Made by a program: the position numbers and the translations under genes
Shown here: piece after piece, positions 1-7,936 of the stretch
How the letters are laid out: each line of letters begins with the position of its first letter
Numbering within the stretch: position 1 is the stretch's first letter
Notes under the pieces: model-generated
What the model was told of the DNA's origin: nothing
Seen by the model: only the letters and a program-made list of their open reading frames with translations
Database searches by the model: none
Virus record (IMG/VR): IMGVR_UViG_2660238384_000003
Location: 62,001 to 123,700 of that record
Direction: 5' to 3' (one strand)
Source of the DNA: an uncultured virus (IMG/VR IMGVR_UViG_2660238384_000003)
Taxonomy: Duplodnaviria; Heunggongvirae; Uroviricota; Caudoviricetes
Length of the DNA stretch: 61,700 nt

Positions 1-98
1 CCGGGAACGCCATTTCCGGCCGGGCCGGTACTGACTAACCGTTACCTCGAAACCCAACTTGCACCCGGTCCGTATCAATGGACCCGGGAGGTATCTCT

Positions 99-449
99 AT
101 GCGCAACCCCCAGCAGCACCAAGACGTCCCCCGCTTCATCGACTTGAATATGGTCAAGTTGAGAACGGGGATGGGTACCACGTTCATCTACGACCATATG
201 AAGAAAGGGGACTTCCCCAAAGGGCGCAAGTTTGGCCGTGCCACTCGCTGGGCAGAGGTTGAAATCGACCAGTACTGCAACGGAACCTGGACGCCGCAGG
301 CGCCAACAAACGAAGCGGGAGCCCGGAGTGATCACTCCGGGCAGCCTGCTCCAACCGAACCAAGTAACCACGGCAGTGCTGCACGTAGCGCACTCGAGAC
401 AGTCTCCAACCATGGCCAGTTAGTGGTTCATCGAACTCAAGGCGCTTAA
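99..449 (+). CDS. AlpA-family excisionase/regulator of the left-hand island
   Basis: RFIDLNMVKLRTGMGTTFIYDHMKKGDFPKGRKFGRATRWAEVEI is an AlpA winged HTH; GGAGGT SD precedes ATG at 99 (ORF track starts at 78). Confidence 0.85.
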   Translation: MRNPQQHQDVPRFIDLNMVKLRTGMGTTFIYDHMKKGDFPKGRKFGRATRWAEVEIDQYCNGTWTPQAPTNEAGARSDHSGQPAPTEPSNHGSAARSALETVSNHGQLVVHRTQGA

Positions 450-514
450 TCACTTGGCTAACGGCGTTTAGGTTCATCATCTTCGTTGGGTCTATTCGAC
501 CCACGAACGCTAAC
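388..514 (-). pseudogene. Degenerate fragment of a P4-type integrase catalytic region
   Basis: GRIDPTKMMNLNAVSQVIKRLEFDEPLTGHG aligns with GRNDPTKMMSENTINQAIKRLGFDGLLTGHG of the integrase at ~2935..3066. Confidence 0.8.
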
Positions 515-678
515 TAGTGCTCCCCCCTCCGCAGAAACCGCCTGACTTACTTAATCGTTAGGCGCGACAGAGCCACGATCTACGGCGGCCCGTCCTCCCC
601 GTCCCTGCGCACCTTTCCAGGCAGTTGTTTCACCCTTCCGAGTCGCCACTAACTCTGCCACCGGGTCGAAAGTCTACC

Positions 679-1221
679 TTAAGGGTTCCGCCCTTCGAAC
701 GTCTCGTAGGTCAAATCAACCATACTTTTATATCGATCTGTAACAGAATCCGAAAGACGCATATAAAGATCAATAGCTTTAGAGTTTACTACAACAATAC
801 GCCGCTCACGATCTGCCTCAGGCATTTTGTTACTAATTTCTGAGTCAAGAGTTGCCGAGTCACGCAGATCAGCTATCTTTTCTACGGCAAAATTCATAAT
901 TTTAGGCTCTGCTGTCCAATGCGTTAGCTTCCGGCATTTTCGCTCAAGCAAGGAAACTTTATGCTCAACAAAATTACATTTCAAATCAACAGAACACGCA
1001 AATAACCGTGCAGCCAAATCTGTATTATCGTCTTCGCATCTCCCCCAAAAGTCGGAAACATCACTCACGATCTCTTGAAGCATCTTCTCTATCGCTGCAA
1101 CTATAGCATTCGCCTCAGATTGTCTAGCAAGCGATCGTGAATTATGATAAACAAAAATCCAACCAACGATTCCAACAATTACTGAAACGACCGCGGCCCA
1201 GTTAAAATCACCGCCCACCAT
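679..1221 (-). CDS. Membrane protein (N-terminal TM helix plus helical domain), last gene of island cargo operon
   Basis: 180 aa; WAAVVSVIVGIVGWIFVY hydrophobic helix; AT-rich; overlaps the upstream gene end. Confidence 0.75.
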   Translation of the reverse strand: MVGGDFNWAAVVSVIVGIVGWIFVYHNSRSLARQSEANAIVAAIEKMLQEIVSDVSDFWGRCEDDNTDLAARLFACSVDLKCNFVEHKVSLLERKCRKLTHWTAEPKIMNFAVEKIADLRDSATLDSEISNKMPEADRERRIVVVNSKAIDLYMRLSDSVTDRYKSMVDLTYETFEGRNP

Positions 1222-1564
1222 TATTTTCAGGCCTCGCCTCGCGAATGTACTTATCTATATTATTCAAGACACTTTTATAACGACTTTTATAACCGACCCG
1301 CTTCCTTACTTCTTCTGGAGTGAAGCCCTCATATTTAATTAGACCCCCAAATACCTCATCCAGAAAAGACGACCCACTCCCCAGCACCCCAGTTAAGTCA
1401 ACTTCAACGTAATCATACTCTTCTAAGGCTTTGAGCAAGAACTCCCTTCTGAATCGAACACCATTAAACTCCGGATTATCAACTTCGGAGCGACCATAAG
1501 GCATATCAGTAAAATCTTTTGCTACATCGATTATCTTAATCAAACCTTTATTCATTTCAATCAC
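1208..1564 (-). CDS. STAS-like (DUF4325-type) protein
   Basis: VEVDLTGVLGSGSSFLDEVFGGL is the STAS-like D-x-x-G-V...SSFLDE-x-FG motif; start could be ATG at 1555. Confidence 0.8.
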   Translation of the reverse strand: MIEMNKGLIKIIDVAKDFTDMPYGRSEVDNPEFNGVRFRREFLLKALEEYDYVEVDLTGVLGSGSSFLDEVFGGLIKYEGFTPEEVRKRVGYKSRYKSVLNNIDKYIREARPENNGGR

Positions 1565-2661
1565 CCTGGGACCTTAAGCTTGATATTCCATTGAATCAAG
1601 GTTCCATGAAATTCAAACGGAAGCGGCCTAGCCTCCTCCTTCTGCCCCTTTGTTTGGTATTGATACCAACCACTACCACTATAGATCATTAGCGTTCCCA
1701 TTGGATTCGCTTCGACAAAATCTTTTGCTTCGGATAGACCTTTTCCGCGCCCGCTAGTATTGAAGCGAGACTTCCCATAGTCAACAGCGGCCTTAATACT
1801 TGCAGCATCGCGAAATGCTCTTACGGGAAATGACGGACTCTTTTTCAGCAGCTTTTTCAAGGCACTATAAGTATCTCTCATCATATCAACCATATTTGGC
1901 TTAATGGACAAGGTTTTTGGAATACCCACACCCATGTCATAAACACCTATAAAAAGCTGATCCTCAATTAGACGAACAACAATCCACCAATTCTGCAAAT
2001 GAGCAGGGAGATCCAGTTCGAATTCTTTAGCATACCCATGTTGCCAAACATTCCCAACAGATTCCGTAATCGCAGCGAAAGCCAATCCGCCCTGTTCATC
2101 CTCTTTAGAACTTTCAAATATATCTTTCACATATGAAATAACAGACCGGAGCTCCGTTTGCTCTGCCCCACCCTCTTTATCCTCGGATGAAGCAGTACAG
2201 ATAGGAACCCCGGGAACCTTCGCATCCTTAAAGTTAGGACGTCGCTCTCGCATCAAGTCCCAAAAGCCTAAAATCTGAAATTTTTTTGCTATATTAAGAT
2301 TACAACAAGCAGTTGATTTAATAATTTTTGAATTTCCATGAAGCTTTTGCAACTGCTCTATATTTGCATACAAGACAAGTAGTGCTGCAACTTTTACAGC
2401 GCGCACAGATTTAAAGTCAAGAAGAACCAACCCACTAGAGCAAGCTTGTCTGATACTGTTTATAAAGGTCCAAAATTCATCATAGCCCGGACCAAAAAAA
2501 TTAAGCTCTTCCGGCGCAACAACTACAATTCGAGAGCCGATCCGTGATTGGAGTTTCAGCTTTCTTTGAGGATCATATCTACGTGGATTCCTAGCGATCA
2601 ACAATGCACGCCTAGTAGCATTCCTTTGCCGAATAAAATCAGAATCCCTTAACTTTTTCAT
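1561..2661 (-). CDS. STAS-like plus HATPase (anti-sigma-factor kinase-like) ATP-binding protein
   Basis: N box ITESVGNVWQHGY, G1 box VYDMGVGIP, G2 box RGKGL, terminal GTLI; N-terminal VLLDFKSVRAVKVAALLVL; no HisKA helix seen. Confidence 0.8.
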   Translation of the reverse strand: MKKLRDSDFIRQRNATRRALLIARNPRRYDPQRKLKLQSRIGSRIVVVAPEELNFFGPGYDEFWTFINSIRQACSSGLVLLDFKSVRAVKVAALLVLYANIEQLQKLHGNSKIIKSTACCNLNIAKKFQILGFWDLMRERRPNFKDAKVPGVPICTASSEDKEGGAEQTELRSVISYVKDIFESSKEDEQGGLAFAAITESVGNVWQHGYAKEFELDLPAHLQNWWIVVRLIEDQLFIGVYDMGVGIPKTLSIKPNMVDMMRDTYSALKKLLKKSPSFPVRAFRDAASIKAAVDYGKSRFNTSGRGKGLSEAKDFVEANPMGTLMIYSGSGWYQYQTKGQKEEARPLPFEFHGTLIQWNIKLKVPG

Positions 2662-2768
2662 CGCAAACAGTCGCTCGTAGAACCAAAATACGAAAGATCA
2701 TACATGAGCGAAGTAGAGGATTCACAGGGCAAGTCTCTTTTTTTACCGTGATGCTCACAGGTCACATG

Positions 2769-4001
2769 TCAGCCCTCAGCCAGCTCCCGCTGATCCAGAA
2801 AATCAGCCCAGGCCTGCATCATTTCCCTTCGCTTTTCCACATGTGCAGCATGGTTATAAGCCGCCCTGGCCTTACTCGGATCCGCATGTGACAGTTGCCC
2901 CTCAATCAACGTCGTGTCGTAGCCCATTTCATGCAGCGCAGTGGAGAAAGTCCCTCGCAACCCATGACCAGTCAGCAGCCCATCGAACCCAAGGCGCTTG
3001 ATCGCCTGGTTGATGGTGTTCTCGCTCATCATCTTCGTCGGATCATTTCGACCTGCGAACGCGAACGGGTATTTTCCCGTCTTCTGCAGCAACCGCCTGA
3101 CCTCCTCAATCGCTTGCCGCGACAGCGGCACGATGTACGGAGGTACCTCTTCCCCGTCCTTGCGCACCTTGCCGCGCAATTGCTTCACCCTTCCGGGCGG
3201 GACAGTCCATATCCCCTTTTCTAGATCGAAGTCTGCCGGCGCAGCCTTTCGAAGCTCGATCGTACGTACCGCGGTCAGAAGCATCAGACGAACGGCGATC
3301 CTTGTGATCTCGGACCCCTGGTAAGACCGCAGTCTCACAAGAAGGGCTGGAAGCTCTTCGCCATCATGCGCAAGAATCGGATTGTGCTCAGTCGGCGGCT
3401 GTTCTTTCGCCAGAATGTCCAGGTCCGAGGCAGGGTTGTCCTCTCGTAATCCGGCCGCGATCCCAACGCGGAAGATCTGGCGTAACCAACTCCGCGCCTT
3501 CTCCGCGACGTGCAGCGCTCCCCGGCGCTCGATGGCTCCGACAACCGCAGCCAGGTCACGACGGTGAATTTCGCGAAACTTCATATTCGCCAGGGCCGGG
3601 TATAGGTCATTGTCCAATACTCTGCGCGCCTGGTTTGCGCTGCCTTTCCGGCTATCGTCCGCCCAGCGCCCCTGTTTCAACTCCAGCCACTGTTCAGCCA
3701 CGTGTCGAAACGTCTCCTCGACGCTGACCGTCTTCCGGTCCGCTCGATGCTGCCCCCGCGGATCGATACCTTGGGCCACCAACGAACGCGCCTCGTCACG
3801 GCGCTGCCGGGCATCACGCAGGCTCAACTCGGGATACGTCCCAAACGACACTCGCTTCTGCTGGCCATTCAGCGAAAAGCGGAAGTGCCAGCTTTTGGTG
3901 CCCTTGTGAGAAACGAAGAGAGAGAGGCCGTCAATGTCGGCGAGGGTGTAGTCTTTAGCTTCTGCTTTTGCCTGGCGGACAGCAGTATCCGTGAGCGGCA
4001 T
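2769..4001 (-). CDS. P4-family tyrosine integrase of a tRNA-Leu genomic island
   Basis: MPLTDTAVRQAK..DGLSLFV..FGTYPELSL arm-binding domain; TAVRTIE, HGLR, LSH, AYN catalytic motifs. Confidence 0.95.
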   Translation of the reverse strand: MPLTDTAVRQAKAEAKDYTLADIDGLSLFVSHKGTKSWHFRFSLNGQQKRVSFGTYPELSLRDARQRRDEARSLVAQGIDPRGQHRADRKTVSVEETFRHVAEQWLELKQGRWADDSRKGSANQARRVLDNDLYPALANMKFREIHRRDLAAVVGAIERRGALHVAEKARSWLRQIFRVGIAAGLREDNPASDLDILAKEQPPTEHNPILAHDGEELPALLVRLRSYQGSEITRIAVRLMLLTAVRTIELRKAAPADFDLEKGIWTVPPGRVKQLRGKVRKDGEEVPPYIVPLSRQAIEEVRRLLQKTGKYPFAFAGRNDPTKMMSENTINQAIKRLGFDGLLTGHGLRGTFSTALHEMGYDTTLIEGQLSHADPSKARAAYNHAAHVEKRREMMQAWADFLDQRELAEG

Positions 4002-4050
4002 AGTACATTCCCGGAAAAACCAAATTCAGATGTACTAAGGAATGTACTAA
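4001..4050. repeat. Candidate arm-type sites of the island integrase
   Basis: ATGTACTAA direct repeats at 4030..4038 and 4042..4050, inverted TAGTACAT at 4001..4008. Confidence 0.55.
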
Positions 4051-4164
4051 AAAAACGCGGCTGGTGGCGAATTGTGGCGGAAGCCAACGGAAGAGACTAA
4101 TCGGCTGCAAGCCCCGGAATTACTGAGCTTGCGAAGGAACACGAAGGATCGCGAAAGAGAAGTA

Positions 4165-4220
4165 TGGTGCGGACGGAGAGACTCGAACTCTCACGCCTTG
4201 CGGCGCTGGAACCTAAATCC
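4165..4220 (-). repeat. Prophage att site: displaced 3' part of tRNA-Leu
   Basis: 56-bp exact direct repeat of 60225..60280. Confidence 0.95.
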
Positions 4221-4350
4221 TGTCTCGCACCTCAGAAGCGCTTATATTACAACAGTTTACGCCGACCGCAATCACTTAAACTGTGCCAATCGTGAAATTC
4301 CTTTTCACGTTTTCCATTTCCGTGCTTCACGTTTCCGTCACGGTCAATAT

Positions 4351-4614
4351 TCAGCGGTCCGACTCATAGGCCGCAACGCCGGTCCCTACCGCCCGCCATT
4401 CGTCCTGCGCCATCCGCGCATCACAGATGAATACCTCGACCTCCCCACCTTCTTTCGGCTCCGCAGGGCGGATCGCTGCATGCCGGAGAATCGTCTGCAT
4501 GTCTGGGACGTAGCTGCTCTCCGAGCCGTGGAACGACCAGATGCCATGTTTCCCAGCGCTGCCCACCTGGTGGTCGAGTTTCACCGACCAGCCCTTGAAT
4601 CGAATCACCAGCAT
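4351..4614 (-). CDS. Hypothetical phage protein after the spanins
   Basis: 87 aa MLVIRFKGWSVK..., GGAG SD upstream. Confidence 0.6.
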   Translation of the reverse strand: MLVIRFKGWSVKLDHQVGSAGKHGIWSFHGSESSYVPDMQTILRHAAIRPAEPKEGGEVEVFICDARMAQDEWRAVGTGVAAYESDR

Positions 4615-4649
4615 CACCAAGCTCCGTAGGAAAAGGCCGTAGTCTACTC

Positions 4650-4976
4650 CTACTGGCATGCCCTGTTGGCTGCAAGCAGTTGCGCCTCATACCCGATCCG
4701 CTGCCGCCGCTCGGCCAGCAGCGCGCGGACCTTGGTCTGTAGGTCGTCGCTCTTCTTCAGCCCAGCCGCTGCCCAGGCCGGCACCTCGACCGCGGGCGCT
4801 CGGCACGGCACCGCCACCGGAACTTCTACGCGCACCGTGCGCGGCTCGGCTTCCTGCCGGGCGGCGCATCCCGCCAGCGCGAACACCAACCCCAGCACCT
4901 GCACCACCTGCACCTTTCGGCTGCACCTGCCGGAAATCGCTGCACCTGCAGTCTTTCGCCACGCCTGCAGCTTCAT
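4650..4976 (-). CDS. Outer-membrane spanin (Rz1-like lipoprotein)
   Basis: Lipobox LVFALAGC, Pro-rich VEVPVAVPC, overlaps Rz stop. Confidence 0.8.
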   Translation of the reverse strand: MKLQAWRKTAGAAISGRCSRKVQVVQVLGLVFALAGCAARQEAEPRTVRVEVPVAVPCRAPAVEVPAWAAAGLKKSDDLQTKVRALLAERRQRIGYEAQLLAANRACQ

Positions 4977-5341
4977 AGCCCCAGCTCCTTGTCGATGACC
5001 GCCTCGGCGGCCGCACACTGCTCACCGGCGGTTCGCTGACTCAGCAGGCGTTGGGCTCCGGCATACTGCTCAGCGGCCTGCTGCCGTCCCTGTTCCAGCG
5101 CATGGGATGCCTCCCTGGCGCGCTGCTCGCCGGCCATGCGCAGCGCGGCGACCTGCCTGCCCTGCTCCACCACTGCGGATTCCAACTCTCCCCGGGCGGC
5201 GCGGCAGGTAGCCAGATACGCGCTCGCGGCATCGAGTTGCGGGCGGTAGTGCCGCGCTCCGATCCAGACACCGCCGGCGGCGCCGAGGCCGACCAGCACC
5301 AGGCAGGCCAGCGCGACCGATAAAGCGCGGGCGGAGATCAC
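4973..5341 (-). CDS. Inner-membrane spanin (Rz-like)
   Basis: N-terminal TM plus coiled coil, directly after endolysin. Confidence 0.8.
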   Translation of the reverse strand: MISARALSVALACLVLVGLGAAGGVWIGARHYRPQLDAASAYLATCRAARGELESAVVEQGRQVAALRMAGEQRAREASHALEQGRQQAAEQYAGAQRLLSQRTAGEQCAAAEAVIDKELGL

Positions 5342-5772
5342 GACAGCGGCTCCAGGAACAGGACACGTTCCGCCGCTCGGCGCTTAACCAGGCCCCCCAG
5401 TCGCTTTCCTCCGGCATTCACCCATCGCGAGAACTGGTCCGCTGCTCCCTGGTAGTCCCCCCTGTTCAGCAGCTTGAGCAGCGTGGACGACGCCAGATTG
5501 GCCGCGCCCAGGTTGTACACGAAGCTCATCAGGGCATCCCACTGGTTCTGGTTCAGTGGCACTTTCACCAGCTTGTCCATCTCGGGCTCGAAGCGCTGAA
5601 TGTCGTTCGACAGCATCCGCTCGGCCTGCTCGACGGTGATCGTCATGTAGCGGGTGACGCCCCGCGTGGTGCCGTAGCCAATGGTCCAAACGCCTACCGA
5701 GTCCTGATAAGCGGACAGGCGCAGGCCCTCGAACGACTTGATGAGGTCGATGCCTCGTTGGGAAGTACGCAT
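5338..5772 (-). CDS. Endolysin, GH24 lysozyme
   Basis: IKSFEGLRLSAYQDSVGVWTIGYG carries the E-x8-D-x5-T catalytic motif. Confidence 0.95.
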   Translation of the reverse strand: MRTSQRGIDLIKSFEGLRLSAYQDSVGVWTIGYGTTRGVTRYMTITVEQAERMLSNDIQRFEPEMDKLVKVPLNQNQWDALMSFVYNLGAANLASSTLLKLLNRGDYQGAADQFSRWVNAGGKRLGGLVKRRAAERVLFLEPLS

Positions 5773-5786
5773 TTACGGGTCTCCAA

Positions 5787-5816
5787 AAACGACGAAGCCC
5801 GCTCAGTGGCGGGCTT
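5787..5816 (-). terminator. Hairpin/terminator, exact 30-bp copy at 20698..20727
   Basis: AAGCCCGC tcagtg GCGGGCTT inverted repeat. Confidence 0.65.
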
Positions 5817-5840
5817 ATCTTCGTCGGGAATGTGTTCGGG

Positions 5841-6035
5841 TTAGCTACCGGTCAGGATCACCAACAGCACGGGAGACGACAGCCAGGCGGCGGCTCCACA
5901 GGCGAGGATCAGCAGGCTGACCCCGATGCAAAAGTTCAGGAAATGACTCGTTGGCATTTTGACCTCCAGCCAGTCTTTAACCTTCAGCAAGATTGGTCTA
6001 CGATTCACGTATGTTCTGCTCCTTGTCCTTCCCAA
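5841..6035 (-). CDS. Small membrane peptide
   Basis: Hydrophobic FLNFCIGVSLLILACGAAAWLSSPVLLVIL; start uncertain. Confidence 0.45.
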   Translation of the reverse strand: MGRTRSRTYVNRRPILLKVKDWLEVKMPTSHFLNFCIGVSLLILACGAAAWLSSPVLLVILTGS

Positions 6036-6045
6036 GGGGTGGAAA

Positions 6046-6090
6046 TAAAAACCCCCGGCACGCTGTGAACGTCCGGGGGTTTTGCTTTTC
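6046..6090. terminator. Bidirectional rho-independent terminator
   Basis: AAAACCCCCGG...CCGGGGGTTTT. Confidence 0.7.
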
Positions 6091-6101
6091 TGATTCTGTC
6101 T

Positions 6102-6452
6102 TTACTTTTCTGTAACCCTGCAAGCGATCTCGACCATCTCCCTGTTGAAGCGAGTCGAGTCGGCAAGAATCACGCCGCTGTCAAGCACGGCAAACCTAGT
6201 GAAGCCTGTGTATCCACCATAGCTGTTCTTCGCATTCACCTTGCCGCAGATGGAGTATTTATCTGGCGGGGCTGCAATCGAACGAACGCCAATCAATCCA
6301 CTGAACTTTGCGGAGTCCGGGTCTTTCAAGACCTCTCGAACGGACGCCATTGCATGCTCACGCTGCTGGTCGCTCAGCTCAAACGATACGGTTTTTGGCT
6401 TTGGGGTCTGCACCTTGGGAGCCGGGGGTGGTGGAGTCGCGCAGCCGCTCAA
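6102..6452 (-). pseudogene. 5'-truncated lipoprotein gene
   Basis: Starts at lipobox LSGC with no signal peptide; ICGKVNAKNSYGGYTGF motif. Confidence 0.6.
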
Positions 6453-6829
6453 TGCGGCTTCGGTCTGCCACAGACATCCCCGCCAATCAGTTGGATGCGG
6501 CCCGAAACTTCGTCGCCGCCTACAGCGTTCACGAAGGCGAATGGCTGCCGAAGCCTGAAAAACGCTGCGGCACCATGCTCAACGACCACCAGCTCTACGA
6601 CGTGTACTTCGTCTGCCACCACTTCCAGTACCTGTTCGAAATCTTCAAGCGCCACAGCCTCTACAGCCTCCTTAGGCAGCACGGCTCCCGCGCAGGCGTA
6701 GAGATGATCGACCACTTCAAGGATGGCTACATGGGAGTCTGGAAGCTCAGGAAGGACTTCGACGGCGAGTTTGACGCTGTACAGCGGCGGCTGGGGCTCA
6801 ACCGGTATTCTGAATTCCGCATTCGATGA
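6452..6829 (+). pseudogene. C-terminal remnant of a phage antirepressor-like gene
   Basis: RSATDIPANQLDAARNFVAAY..EGEWLPK resembles antirepressor C-terminal segments; DNA-binding N-terminus absent. Confidence 0.55.
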
Positions 6830-6878
6830 GGTTCTTGGCCCCGTTTCGGCGGGGCCTGGAATCATGCTTATCGTCAAT

Positions 6879-6908
6879 TTGCCAGAATGTACGGCTATGC
6901 CGTACAAT
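6879..6908 (+). promoter_or_regulatory. sigma70 promoter and palindromic operator of the TA operon
   Basis: TTGCCA-N18-TACAAT with TGTACGGC-tat-GCCGTACA overlapping the -10. Confidence 0.75.
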
Positions 6909-6914
6909 CAAAAA

Positions 6915-7235
6915 ATGCGAACAGTCATCGAAACAGAGATTTTCAAACGCTATGCAGACGACATCTGGAACGACCTCGAACGGGAGGAGTTCATTACGTG
7001 GATTGCAGCCAACCCCTTGGTCGGAGATGTGATCCCAGGATCGGGCGGGCTTCGCAAGGTGCGCTGGTCTCGCCCCGGCATGGGTAAGCGCGGCGGCGCG
7101 CGCGTGATCTACTACAACGCCGAAGAGGCGCAATCCATCTGGCTACTGATCGCATACACAAAATCAAAGTTCGATAACCTACCAGCATCCACCTTGAGCA
7201 AATTGAAAGAGGCTATGAATGGACAAGGAACTTGA
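6915..7235 (+). CDS. RelE/HigB-2-type toxin
   Basis: MRTVIETEIF...GDVIPGSGGLRKVRW...GKRGGARVIYY...IWLLIAYTK. Confidence 0.9.
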   Translation: MRTVIETEIFKRYADDIWNDLEREEFITWIAANPLVGDVIPGSGGLRKVRWSRPGMGKRGGARVIYYNAEEAQSIWLLIAYTKSKFDNLPASTLSKLKEAMNGQGT

Positions 7236-7500
7236 AACCTTCGAAGCCGACCTCCTCGCCTCGATTGACGAAATGAAGAAGGGGAAAGTCGCCCGTTCGA
7301 CGCATGTCGAACTTTCTCCGGTTGCCGAAGTTCGCGCAAAAGTTGGCATGCCACAGTCTGAGTTCGCCGAGCTTTTGGGCGTGAGCGTCCGCACGCTGCA
7401 AGACTGGGAGCAAGGACGCCGATCCCCGTCTGGAGCAGCGAAAACCTTAATTAAGGTTGCTGGCATGCACCCGGAGGCATTGCGGGAGTTGCGCGCTTGA
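7219..7500 (+). CDS. HigA-type XRE HTH antitoxin
   Basis: MPQSEFAELLGVSVRTLQDWEQGRRSPSGAA; overlaps the toxin stop. Confidence 0.9.
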   Translation: MDKELETFEADLLASIDEMKKGKVARSTHVELSPVAEVRAKVGMPQSEFAELLGVSVRTLQDWEQGRRSPSGAAKTLIKVAGMHPEALRELRA

Positions 7501-7546
7501 TGGTAACGGAGCGATAAATGGTTAGAAATATTCCAAAGGATACCCT

Positions 7547-7909
7547 ATGAAAGTAAAATTACTGCTGCACACATCAGCTATCTTTATCTGCTCTACCACC
7601 TTGGCGCTTGCGGATGAAATAGGGGGGGGAGATGATCAAAGCTCAATAGGCGCTTACTGGGATTGTTTGCGAGCTAACTACAGCAAAGTAGCCTTGCAGA
7701 GCAACGATATCGCTAACATTCAGGACAAAACCATTGATGCCTGCGATCCAGAACTGCGCAAGCACTTGGATGCTGTTTACCTGTCCGAGCTGAAGAAAAA
7801 CAATGATATTGTGTCGTCCGCCGACCCTGCGAAAATCACCAAGGATGCAGAGGTAAGCGAAGTAGAGCATGCCCGCTCACTCATAAAGACCTGGCACGCC
7901 GGAAAGTAG
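7547..7909 (+). CDS. Exported moron protein, unknown function
   Basis: Signal peptide ending LALA|DE, two mature Cys, AAGGA SD, opposite strand to late genes. Confidence 0.7.
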   Translation: MKVKLLLHTSAIFICSTTLALADEIGGGDDQSSIGAYWDCLRANYSKVALQSNDIANIQDKTIDACDPELRKHLDAVYLSELKKNNDIVSSADPAKITKDAEVSEVEHARSLIKTWHAGK

Positions 7910-7914
7910 GAGCA

Positions 7915-7933
7915 GGGCGGCATACACCGCCCA
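7915..7933. terminator. Hairpin between convergent moron and tailspike genes
   Basis: GGGCGG cataca CCGCCC. Confidence 0.55.
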
Positions 7934-7936
7934 ACT

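Larger units (their letters stand above)
1..4220. mobile_element. Right end of an integrative island (continues left of the window)
   Basis: P4-type integrase immediately downstream of the tRNA-Leu 3' fragment, AlpA, AT-rich cargo. Confidence 0.8.

Noticed and set aside
4165..4220. A second tRNA-Leu gene
   Set aside because: Lacks the 5' acceptor strand and D arm; it is the att duplication
4072..4629. 185-aa plus-strand ORF across the att site
   Set aside because: Runs through the tRNA fragment and is antisense to a better ORF
4895..4950. Clustered TGCACC/GCACCT repeats
   Set aside because: Short, irregular low-complexity sequence in the o-spanin N-terminus; no function supportable
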